From Neophaeotheca triangularis (lineage: Eukaryota), in the NCBI GenBank assembly GCA_054600435.1, contig BAAIJX010000025.1, positions 62,001 to 126,000 of the forward strand: a DNA stretch of 64,000 nucleotides. The letters are read 5' to 3'. The notes under the pieces are model-generated. The model was not told the DNA's origin, searched no databases, and saw only the letters and a program-made list of their open reading frames with translations. Below, one piece after another: positions 12,622 through 22,681 of this stretch. The position numbers and the translations under genes were made by a program. Within the stretch, counting starts at the first letter, position 1, and each line of letters starts with the position of its first letter.

Positions 12622-15600
12622 TCACGCCGACCCACCATTACCACTCCCACTCGCAGCACCAGGCTTAGGCTTGTACTCCTCCTTCAACGACCACGTAGCC
12701 CTGGCGCCGCTCCTCCCCCTCTCCATGACCGCAATCGTCTTCAACATCTCCGTAAACTCGGCCTGCCGCGCCTTATCCGTACCAACAATGTGATTGAAGT
12801 GATCGATCAGCATTTGCGTAAACACCTTGCCATTATGAGCAAGCAAGTAGTCGCGGATCAGAGCCAGGAAATCTTTGCCACGCGGTTGGTTCTGTTGGTT
12901 CTGTTGCTGCTGTCGGGAGGGCGTGCCAGTGCGGCTGCTACCTCTGGGCGTGTTGGTACCAGAACTACCGCGTCCGCTATGCCTGGCTTGCAGATTGGCG
13001 AGCACGGCGGTTGAAGAGGGGCCGGCGGCGTTACCACGGCCGCGCATGCTGCTGCCGCCACGCACGCCACCGAGGCCGCCGCGTCTGGGTGGTGGTGAGG
13101 CGGGACGACCTGCCGTGCCCCTTTCGCCTGTCCAGGTGGGAACACCGGGCTCGATGGTTCTGGCCACTTCGCCGGCGCGCTTGAGTTCGCGAGCGGCTTC
13201 GGCTGCTACGCGTTTGGCTTCACGTTGGATGGCGGCGGGATCAGCTTGGTAGCGCTTCTTACCGTTGTTGACGGTAGGGTCAAAGATGGCGTCGTGCTCT
13301 ACTGCGCTTGAGACGCCGGAGCGTGCGAAGATGGATGACAACATCCGGCTGTCGTTTACAGCTGACTCTTTGGCCTTCTCTTGCTGTTCCTCTTCATCTG
13401 TGCCTTGATAGTGCTCCTGGCGGGCAATGCCTACCATGTTACCGATAGCGCCAGACTCCCTCTCGGTCTCGTTATCCCCAGGTGGTGTCGGGAGACTCTC
13501 CTGGCGCTGTTTGCTGTCAGGCTGATTGGCCTTGCCAGTGAGCTCGACACGAGAATTCTGGAAGATGCTGCTTGTTTCAGTTTCGCCATCATCTCTTTCA
13601 CCACCTAGAGTGAAGAGATCGTGCAGATCTTTGAGCTGGAAGGTCTGGCGTTGCTTCGGGTCCTTGAGTACTTTGTTGGAAAGGAATTGTTTGAAGATTT
13701 GACGATGAAATATTTTCTCCTCAATAGTACCCGCAGTCATGAGTCTGTAGATGTTGACCTCACGCTTCTGCCCAAGACGCCAAGCTCGCTCACGTGCTTG
13801 AGCATCAGTGGATGGGTTCCAGTCTGGGTCGTAGATGATGACACGATCCGCACCAGTCAAGTTGACGCCCAGACCACCTACTTTTGTTGTGAGCAAGAAG
13901 ATATGCATGTCGGGATCGTTATTGAACTGGTCCACAAGGTCTTGACGGTTCTTGATCGACGTGTTACCGTCCATACGGAGATAGTTGATGCCTTTGAGTC
14001 CTTGGATGAACTTCTCCAATATGTCAAGCATGATGCGATGTTGGGCGAAGAGCAGCGTTTTATGACCCTGCTGCTTCCACATGCCAAGAAGCTCCTTAAC
14101 GACCTGCATCTTGCCGGACTTGACACCACTGCCATAGTTGTAGCCCTCTTTGCCGGACAACAGCTTGTGCTCTGCCAAATCTGGATGATTGCAGATCTTG
14201 CGAAGAATGTCGATACCGAACAGCGAATTACGCTTGCCATCGAGAATGGCTTTCATGTCATCTGATCCAAGGAAGGTCTGGTATGCGTCTCTTTGAGGCT
14301 TCGTGAGGTTGCAAAACAGTACCTGTTCGGTCTTCTTCGGCAAGTCAGAAGCGACGTCGACCTTGAAGCGCTGCAACAAGTACGGGCTGATGGCTTCCTT
14401 GAGAGTCTCTGCAGTATGCGCTGCGCTCTCTATTTGCAGGTTCGAAGCGTTTCCGTATCCACCTTGCTTGATCGGAATCTCAAATTGCGTCTTGAAACTG
14501 GTCAGCGTTCCAAGGCGCATGGGATAGACAAAGTCGAAAAGGGACCAAAGCTCGGTCAGGTTGTTCTGCATCGGCGTGCCCGAAAGAATGATGCGGTTAT
14601 GAGTCTTAAGCTCCTTGCAGAACTGAGTGAGATCAGTATGTGGGTTACGTATCTTGTGGCCCTCGTCAAGCACCGCATACTCCCATTTGGCAGGTATCAG
14701 GAGCTCGGCATACGTTTGGAGACCGGAGTACGTGGTGACGAGGATGTGACCGTCTTTGATTACCTTGTTGACAATGCGCGATGCCGACTTGTGGCTTTTG
14801 CCTAGCCTTTGGGTGCTGCGGTGAGACGTCTCATCCAAATCATCTTCAATCGCCGCCTCTCGCGATACGTTCAGCATGCCGCTCCCCGAGGTGTGCAGAA
14901 TTGACACCCGAAGTGGTGGCCACCAACGATGGAACTCATTGACCCACTGCTTCATCACCGTAGCAGGCGTGACAACGATGATTGGCTTGGTAAGCTTCTT
15001 GGAGTAGTGCAGACCCGCGAGGAAAGCAATAATTTGAATTGTTTTACCCAGGCCCATCTCGTCACCGATGATACCGCCGACTTGTTGCGCGTATAGCTCA
15101 CCCAGCCATTGGACACCGGTCTTCTGGTAGTCGAAGAGTGATGGGTATATGTCACCGGGCACTCGAAGCCCATTCTCGAGCACTGCGTCTGGCCTGTTCG
15201 GATGAGGCATCTGCCATTCCTCATTCGGGATTTCTTCGAAGCCGTTAGCATCGAGAACTGGTTGGATGGTGTTGCTTTCCTCTTCTTCTTCTTCTTCATT
15301 GGCAGACTGTTGACGCTCAAGCTGACGCTTTCTCGCAGCACTCCTTCTCTCCACCCAGCTCTGTAATCTGTTTTGATATACGCGCTCATTGCCATCATCT
15401 ATACCAGCAAGGTCTTCTTCCTTCGCAGCCTTCGCAACTGCTTTGGCCTTCTTGCTATGCGCTTTACCCTGCCGCTTGGGTGGGGGGGCAGTGTCCAGCG
15501 AGAAATCGCCTTCTTCCGCGTCCGCATCGCTATCCTCCAACTCGTCCGCAGAATGACCGATAGCAGTGAGACCGTCCTCGTCAACCTCTGGCGTGTAAGC

Positions 15601-16626
15601 TGCGTCGGTGCTGTCTGCGGGAGTCCCTACATCGGAGGAAGCGGCTTCTGCTTGCTGTCGTGTGCGCAGTCGGCGTCGCTTCGCGGGTCTCGCCGAAGCA
15701 TTTTCCTCGTCTTGAAGCTGTCGCGCAATCCTCGCATCAGCGTCGCTCTCATCTGTCTCCGTTACTGTTTCACCGATATTCGTGGACGCTCTCTGCGCCT
15801 CCTCGCGACCGGTAGCTCTGCGTCTTTTTGCGGGCCTCTCCTGCTCTTGTAGCTTTCGCGCGAGCCTTGCGTCGGCGTCGGTGCCGGCTTCTTCTTCGCT
15901 TTCCTCTTGTTCGAAGCCGGGCGCGAGTAAATTCCTGTGCGACATCGGGCCAGCTGTGCTTGCGTCCTTATCAACCTGGTCTTCCGTATTCTCCTCAAGT
16001 TCCGCATCCATAAGCGCATTTCCCAAGCTGGACTCCGAATTTAGGAGATGTTGTCCGAACTTCGAGAACGGTGTGATCTTGCCCGTTCTAATCAAGAAAT
16101 CCCTCTGGCTTTCTCCCGGCTGGCGCTTATTGGCAGATTCGTCCAAGAGGGTATCGCCGTTCTGCGCCTCCGCGGTTTGAGCCCTTTCCTCCATGCGCGC
16201 AGTGATCTGAGATATGTCGGTATCGAATGTCTCGATCTGCGCCTTGTAGTGCTGAATCTCGTTTCTATATCCATTCTTGGTCGCATGATTCCCGAACTCA
16301 GTAAGCTTCTTCTCGAGTTGACGTATCATGCCTTGCAGTCGAGCCTTGTCCTTCTGCGCCTTGTCCAGGCGCTTTTGATCCCGCTCGTCCGCCTGCTGGA
16401 GAAGCATCGCATCTGCCTGGCGACCTATGTCCCGCTCGAGGTCATCTTGGTCGCGCACCCCAGCAAGCGCGGCGACTGTGGCTTCTTCACTCTGGTTGGG
16501 TGTGTTGACTTTCTCCTCGCTCGCGGCAGGTCTCGAATCCTCCATAACAGTGACCATGCTTCCTTCGGCAGGGTCATTACCCTTTTGCATCTCTTCAACA
16601 TGCTTTGAGTTTGCAGTGTCGGCCAT
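12622..16626 (-). CDS. RAD26: Snf2-family transcription-coupled repair ATPase Rad26/CSB, 1334 aa, single exon
   Basis: RDFLIRTGKITPF, GGIIGDEMGLGKT, LDEGHKIRN, KVGGLGVNLTGADRV, QARERAWRLGQ, PTWTG motifs. Confidence 0.95.
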   Translation of the reverse strand: MADTANSKHVEEMQKGNDPAEGSMVTVMEDSRPAASEEKVNTPNQSEEATVAALAGVRDQDDLERDIGRQADAMLLQQADERDQKRLDKAQKDKARLQGMIRQLEKKLTEFGNHATKNGYRNEIQHYKAQIETFDTDISQITARMEERAQTAEAQNGDTLLDESANKRQPGESQRDFLIRTGKITPFSKFGQHLLNSESSLGNALMDAELEENTEDQVDKDASTAGPMSHRNLLAPGFEQEESEEEAGTDADARLARKLQEQERPAKRRRATGREEAQRASTNIGETVTETDESDADARIARQLQDEENASARPAKRRRLRTRQQAEAASSDVGTPADSTDAAYTPEVDEDGLTAIGHSADELEDSDADAEEGDFSLDTAPPPKRQGKAHSKKAKAVAKAAKEEDLAGIDDGNERVYQNRLQSWVERRSAARKRQLERQQSANEEEEEEESNTIQPVLDANGFEEIPNEEWQMPHPNRPDAVLENGLRVPGDIYPSLFDYQKTGVQWLGELYAQQVGGIIGDEMGLGKTIQIIAFLAGLHYSKKLTKPIIVVTPATVMKQWVNEFHRWWPPLRVSILHTSGSGMLNVSREAAIEDDLDETSHRSTQRLGKSHKSASRIVNKVIKDGHILVTTYSGLQTYAELLIPAKWEYAVLDEGHKIRNPHTDLTQFCKELKTHNRIILSGTPMQNNLTELWSLFDFVYPMRLGTLTSFKTQFEIPIKQGGYGNASNLQIESAAHTAETLKEAISPYLLQRFKVDVASDLPKKTEQVLFCNLTKPQRDAYQTFLGSDDMKAILDGKRNSLFGIDILRKICNHPDLAEHKLLSGKEGYNYGSGVKSGKMQVVKELLGMWKQQGHKTLLFAQHRIMLDILEKFIQGLKGINYLRMDGNTSIKNRQDLVDQFNNDPDMHIFLLTTKVGGLGVNLTGADRVIIYDPDWNPSTDAQARERAWRLGQKREVNIYRLMTAGTIEEKIFHRQIFKQFLSNKVLKDPKQRQTFQLKDLHDLFTLGGERDDGETETSSIFQNSRVELTGKANQPDSKQRQESLPTPPGDNETERESGAIGNMVGIARQEHYQGTDEEEQQEKAKESAVNDSRMLSSIFARSGVSSAVEHDAIFDPTVNNGKKRYQADPAAIQREAKRVAAEAARELKRAGEVARTIEPGVPTWTGERGTAGRPASPPPRRGGLGGVRGGSSMRGRGNAAGPSSTAVLANLQARHSGRGSSGTNTPRGSSRTGTPSRQQQQNQQNQPRGKDFLALIRDYLLAHNGKVFTQMLIDHFNHIVGTDKARQAEFTEMLKTIAVMERGRSGARATWSLKEEYKPKPGAASGSGNGGSA

Positions 16627-16931
16627 GGCGCAGGCTGCGTGGTTCAGCGCGAGGACAAAGGCGGCTGCCTATCTAATGTCGAGGTGATCTACGCTTATCA
16701 GGAGAGCGTAAAGTGGAGAGGCGAGAGCTGCTGTCACTGAACAGGATAATGCACAAGATTGGCGCCGCTCGTACCGAAACATAACAGCAAGAAGTGAATG
16801 AAAGTTTATTGTAGGGGAGGTAATGCGAAGTGAGAACGGGCGACAGTTGAGGAAGGCACCAGTCCCGAAAGCGCGTCATCACTACCTACCGCTAGGTACC
16901 GGTACCTTCATACCAGATCGGTGTTAAATTC

Positions 16932-16984
16932 ATCTTATCGGACTCATCTTATCTTATCTTATCTTATCTTATCTTATCTTATCT
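16932..16984. repeat. (ATCTT)7 pentamer array plus one upstream copy; reads as tandem GATAA on the minus strand
   Basis: Perfect units 16946-16980 followed by ATCT; extra ATCTTATC at 16932. Confidence 0.9.
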
Positions 16985-17711
16985 CATGTTTTCTTTCGAC
17001 CTCCCCGAGCACATATATAGGTAGACAGTAGTGACGGAATGTTGGCTCATTGATAATAATAAAACATAAGGTACTTTACCTCGGTAGTTAGCTGCTAGCT
17101 AGGCCATAGCCAGGAAATCGAGCTTTGTTAACGGAGCAAATAGCATTCTTGATAGCGTTGATTATCCATGATACTTTGACCAACGCACTCGGCGATTGTG
17201 TGTCTGTTGGATTGAACGAGGGAATCACTGGAATCGTTTCATCAATCCTCACATGGTCGTTTGCCTACTCTATCCACAAAGGCCGTCACCCCACGGCTCT
17301 AAACGAGATTGTCCTGACCTGGGTTCTGTGACGACGCCACTGCCTGCTCTGACACAATAGATACGGCTCGGGATAAAACGACAAGACCAGGAAGACTTAA
17401 CCCGCGATTGTACCCAACGATCTGACGTCTGCGCAAAAAAGGTCGTCTATCGTCTAGACAGCACGTAGCTTCGCCGCCCAAGAAATTAGACATCATGCCC
17501 TTGTAATGAGGTTACTTCCTTAGGTTCGTTCAGCGCACGAGTTTGTCGTTGCATCACCTGTCTTCGTAATGCCAGGTGTGCTCTCCCAAAGGTAGAGGCC
17601 TGAGTGATTGATCCACAGGGTCCAGGTCGCAGCTGCAGAGAGGCTTCCCGTCGATGCAACGTGCCGGGATATATTCCTTTCGAGTAGTCTTTCGCTACTG
17701 TGGTCGCCCGT

Positions 17712-18410
17712 TCATCCAAGCCCTCTCCCTCTGCCTCTCGTACCGACACTTGTCCCTCTTCCTATTCCTGAGCCTCTCGCACTGCTTGTAGGAGTGCTCC
17801 TCCCTCTCATCGTGCCCGACGCCCCAAGCCTTCCAGCGGTTGAGCCAGCCCTCGTACCTCTTCCTCTCGCTCTTGTTCCGGTCTTGGGCCCCTCCACCGC
17901 TTTCCGCCTCTCCTCCTCGTCCGCCCTCCTAGCCGCTTCTTCCCGTCGTCGCTCCTCCTCTCTGGTCCTTCTCTCACTCTCCTGTTGCTTTCTTAGCTCC
18001 TCATTCTCCACATCCTCCACATCCTGGGTCGCGCCCTGCCAGTTCGGGTTCAAGATCAAGCGCTGGTTGTGCTCTGTTTGACTGAGGATTCGGGTCCAGG
18101 TTGCCAGGAGAGTCGAGGCATTGTCCACGGCCTGATGCACTGTGCCCATGTTGTCTTTTGCTTTCGTGAGAGAGGCTGTAACACCTTCGATGGTTTTGTT
18201 GACTTCTTTCACTCGCTCGAGCTCGGCGCGCAAACGTGCTTCACGGGTTGTAGTGTCGTTCTGCTGGCTTTGAACTTTATGGTTCGGGTTGGAAGTTGAC
18301 GTGGTTTGTGGGGTGTGTTTCTGCGTAGTTGCAGGACTGGAGAAGAGGTCTTCCGTATCGTCTTCCAGACTTAGCTTGCCCAAGTCAGGCGCGTCGGTTT
18401 GTTTCGACAT
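17712..18410 (-). CDS. DUO1: DASH/Dam1 kinetochore complex subunit Duo1
   Basis: LRAELERVKEVNKTIEGV..ASTLLATWTRILSQTEHNQRLILNPNWQGA, followed by an E/R coiled coil and RG-rich tail. Confidence 0.9.
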   Translation of the reverse strand: MSKQTDAPDLGKLSLEDDTEDLFSSPATTQKHTPQTTSTSNPNHKVQSQQNDTTTREARLRAELERVKEVNKTIEGVTASLTKAKDNMGTVHQAVDNASTLLATWTRILSQTEHNQRLILNPNWQGATQDVEDVENEELRKQQESERRTREEERRREEAARRADEEERRKAVEGPKTGTRARGRGTRAGSTAGRLGASGTMRGRSTPTSSARGSGIGRGTSVGTRGRGRGLG

Positions 18411-19184
18411 GGTTGGCGCAAAATATCGTCGCTTGTCCGTAGTCCACGCGACTGGCAGGAAATGGTCACAGTCGGGTGGCCTTATTTGTTGATAGTAGTC
18501 CAGTGGTAGACGCGCCTTGTCGTTTGTCGCGCGTCAAAGTGAATTGGTCTCAGGGTCCAGAAAAGTGGAACCAGAAAGTGCCCAAACAAGGCCTACCAGC
18601 CACTTTGATGCGCCCCGGGCTTCGGGACGACAGCATCCACCGTCCTTATCCCAACCTCCTCCTAACTTTACTTCGTCCATGCATCATACTGCCACTGTCG
18701 CAACGGTCAAACATCATTGACCCTGTTGCTACTATTGCTGCCTTTGCCATTCGATCCTTTCCTCGCTCTTCTGCCGCTGTCGCGCAAGACTATACGACTC
18801 CCCCATCGAGCGCGCCGAGCACACCGCTTCTGTTTGGCAACAACAACATCAACATCAACAGAGCCAAACACCGCATACCTCCTTGCTTCGCGCAATACTT
18901 TCCAAAGAAAGCTCCATAAGTCTATCCAGGGGCTTGATACCGCCAGACTGCATCGTCCGGTGCATTGGATCTCATCTTATCCTGCGCCAGGAATATCGCA
19001 ACGGAACGGTGGGAAGCCTGGCAAAAGGCATTGTTGCAAAGGCAGTCGAGTGAGGAGTGAACGTGGCGCATAGCCTACGTATTTACAAGATCGATTGAAG
19101 CTTCACATCGCACGCAGTGAAGTTGGATAGTGAACTCCAAGCCATCGCAACCTCACTACACCAACAAAGATAGCTAGAGCCAAG

Positions 19185-20721
19185 ATGCCCGCAACACCAG
19201 AGCCAACTCGCCTTCGCACACCTCCACCTCCGCTGCATGGTGCACAACACGATACCTTTGAGCCCTACTCCCCTCGACGCTCGACAAGAAGTACCGCGCA
19301 AAGGAACCCGTACAGTTCCAAGAACGCTGATCGTTCGCCTCGAAAAGCTCACTTGGACCGAGCTACCACCCCTCCACCTACGTCCAAGCGCCCACGCTTC
19401 GCCAGCTTCTCTACTCACCTCTCTTCTCCACCGATCTCACCACCTTCTGCCAACGAACACCGCGCTGCCGCAGAGTCTCCGCCTCTTCCCGCGAAGACAC
19501 CGAGGAAGGCGCTATTCACGTCCGCGAAATCCAAAGATCACGGCGCTTTAGGCGACATTGATAGCGGATCGGCTTCACTCGCAACGCCTGCCTCAGCAGT
19601 GCGAAACATGTTTCCAACCCCTGTCAAAACACCCAACAAACGCCAGCGCACGGCTATCAATCCAACTGCGCGCATTTTGAACTTCCAACCAGGTCATCAT
19701 CGCGCGAACGATTTGATGCCAACTCCACGCAAGATCAAGAAGACTTCACGCACTCAGACCGAGGGTTTCGAGCTGTACGACGACGACCAGGAGTTGAAGG
19801 GCCAGGACAAGATTGAAATCTTCACCGATACCAAGGATAGAATCCCTACGATGGACGGAGCTGACGACAACCCTTTCGTCGGCGCCCGACCCGCTACGCC
19901 ACCACCAGCACCCAGGAAGGTGAAGAAGAAGTCGCGAGACCAGATTCAAGAAGAGGAAGCAATGGACGAATCAGTGCGCAAGGAGGAAGGCATCACGTAT
20001 ATTTTGTAAGTGAAGTCCACCAATTCTCCCACCTCACAGATCAAGTCGACTGACATTCTCTTCTTACAGCCGAGGCCGCAAAATATTCCGCCGCTTTACC
20101 GACCCCGATGAAGACGCAGACACGGAAGTCGACTCCAACCCAGGCCAGCAATCCCTGAAACACCAAGCCGGCAGCGTCGCGCAGCGCCCCCTCACTCGCA
20201 GCGCCGTGAGACCTCGTCTTCTTTTCCCAACCGAAGAGCAACTGCGCGCTCGCGCCGAAGCGGACATGGTGGACGAGGAAGCCACTACTGATATCGAGAT
20301 GACGGATTCGGAGCAGGTCCAAAGCAGCACTGTCAACAAGAAGACGAGGGTGGAGATGACACCGATGAAGTATGCTCGTGGCGGCGACACAAAGCTCGTC
20401 ACGCCGCCTCCCACCAAGACTCCCAACAAGCGCGCGACGAGGTCCACGAGGAAGGGCGTTAGCGCTGAGCCGACTTCGCCGCTCCCGGGTAAGCTGCCGG
20501 CTGTGGAGGAGGACGAGGAGGAAACCGGGGGAGAAGACTGTGATGTTGGTGGTGGCGATGAGACGCCTGTGCCTGCTGGTGAGGAGAAAAAGATCTCCCC
20601 CTTTGCTGGATGGCAGCGCACCAAAGGAAGCAGTGCGGGGGGCAAGAAGCGTCCGGCGGCGGGGGATGAATCGACCCGGGCTAAAAAGAGCCGCTCGGCT
20701 GTCGTTGGCGGTCTTTTGTAA
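19185..20721 (+). CDS. Probable Rum1/Sic1-like CDK inhibitor, 490 aa; exons 19185-20005 and 20070-20721
   Basis: Intron GTAAGT..CTGAC..CAG joins GITYIF|RGRKIFRRF; also FPTPVKTPNK, DNPF and VRPRLLF motifs and many S/T-P sites. CDS confidence is high, function is moderate. Confidence 0.75.
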
Positions 20722-21267
20722 GAGAAGGGCTTTGTAGACGGGTGCCAGAGGGGGAGACGAGATTCTGACGACTTACTATTGTGTTCTTCATCTGTGAATT
20801 GCGAGAATGCTGCCGAGAGAGACTGGGTACTATTGAGCGGGAGGCATTAGCGAATCGGAGTACTTGCGTATTTCTGCATGGCGTGTTTCATTAGTAGACG
20901 AACGGCTAGATATCACGACAATTATTGCAAAACAGTAAGGACACTTTTCCCGTCATCTTACGCTCAATCAAATTTCGCTTATTTCTGCCGGGAGCTTCAA
21001 CGTGGGTTCTTCAACCAATTGCGCATTGTTGCGGGTATTCACATGAAAAATGTCGAATATGGTCAGAGGTGGTTTGAAAACATTGAATCCATACTAAGCT
21101 TGTCGTCATAGAATACCGCATCATGCCGAAAGGCTGGCAGTAAGCAGTATCTGCGTCGAACATGCTAATGTACGCCAGTAGCGCCTCGCTAATCTCGGGT
21201 ATTGAACAACACCGTCCTCTCCACCACTTGCTCCACTGGCCGTTGTGCTCGACAACCTGGGCCCCTT

Positions 21268-22201
21268 TCAAGTAGTCACGCCCTTGGCCATCTGGCTCCA
21301 TTCGACATCCGCAACCCAGTAGCCGTAGCCTTCCGCAGCGAGAATGTCCTTGAGGAACTTCCAGTCGTACTTCCACGACCAAAGCGTGTCTACGTCGATG
21401 CAGGCGCAGAACGTGCCGCCGGTGCAGTAGGTCGGCGACGCCCTCATGCTGATGACGTGGGGATGGACGACGCCGACGGGAGGCGCCATGCCCTCGCTGT
21501 AGCCCCACTCATCGATGCGCTCCTCACCGTCGCGGCCTGCGAGGTAGCGGTCGATGGCCACTTGGGTCGCGGGCTTGACTGGGGGCATGGGCGTGGCGAC
21601 GTAGGCCTGTTTGGTAAATGGGCTATCGTCGGTGCTGTTAGTCATCGTTGCTTCGGAGTCTACGGCGGGTTTCGCATTGTTCGCGGACTTGAAGACGGGT
21701 TTCTTCTTCACGCCGCCTGCGGCTTTGGGCTCGAGCGACATGGGTTTCATCTGCCCGTCGTTGTCGTCGCGGCGGTTGGCGCTTTGCATCTGGGTGCGGA
21801 ACTTCCGGCTGTCTTGCTCGCGCTGCGGGTGGGTGTTGTTAGAGAAGTTTTCGTTTGCAACGTTTGAGATCGATTGTGTCAACTTACCACGTTGTGCGTG
21901 TGCTCGTAGCCTGAGAGGTGGGCATCGTATTCGACGACGCGAGCGTAGCCCTTGTTGCAGACGTCGCCTGTATAGACAGATGTTGTTAGCATGTTCATTT
22001 GAGCCAAGCGTCGTTGAGAGCAGATTAGGAGGGATTCGAGGCAGCGGTCCTGAGAAAGATGGGTTCAACTTACAATGGAAAGCTTGACGGGCTTGACGGG
22101 CGCTTTCGGTGGTGGCATCGGGGAGCTTGCCTGGGCGCTGAGAGGAGACTTAGTATGGTGTCGAATCGGTTGGAGGGGAGGCAGGAACTTACGGGAGGCA
22201 T
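21268..22201 (-). CDS. Single C2H2 zinc-finger protein (GPATCH8/ZNF804-type finger), 235 aa; exons 22201-22193, 22137-22074, 21967-21888, 21822-21268
   Basis: Spliced MPP|RPGKLPDATTESARQARQAFH|CDVCNKGYARVVEYDAHLSGYEHTHNV|REQDSRK; three GTAAGT..CAG introns keep the frame. Confidence 0.8.
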
Positions 22202-22371
22202 GTTGACTTCCTCGTCGTTGATGGACTCTTGAGCTTGGCAGTAGGATGTTCAAGTATGCATGAGTTGGCAATGTTCGATAGCAATGACGCCAACAAGGTG
22301 AGGAAAGAGGCTGGTGACTTCAAGTTGTCTGCGCCAGAAATCCTCACTTGTACATGTCGGGGTGTAGTAAG

Positions 22372-22374
<3 letters not shown>

Positions 22375-22418
<44 letters not shown>
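22375..22418. repeat. (AG)22 microsatellite in a divergent promoter
   Basis: Perfect dinucleotide run. Confidence 0.97.
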
Positions 22419-22421
<3 letters not shown>

Positions 22422-22630
22422 TCCAAGGTATGTACATGTGAATGTAAATGTGAATGTAAATGTCCACGGGCATGACAGCGTTTGAGATCGGCGCTAGCAT
22501 AGCTAGCGCGCACATATACAGCCAATCAGCACGTCGGCTTACTTTGTTTGTCATCCACCCAGTCGACGTTGATACTCACACTGTGTGTCTACTAGAGGTA
22601 GGAGGCAACGTCAAGTATCGATCTTCTGGA

Positions 22631-22651
22631 GACGACGACGACGACGACGAC
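22631..22651. repeat. (GAC)7 microsatellite just upstream of the MCP1-like ATG
   Basis: gacgacgacgacgacgacgac. Confidence 0.9.
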
Positions 22652-22681
22652 AAGAGAGACTACAGCATACCTTATTAGATC

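Noticed and set aside
17040..17600. Possible gene or TE relic between RAD26 and DUO1
   Set aside because: Only short ORFs; no transposase or RT motifs, terminal repeats or AT-rich RIP-like signature
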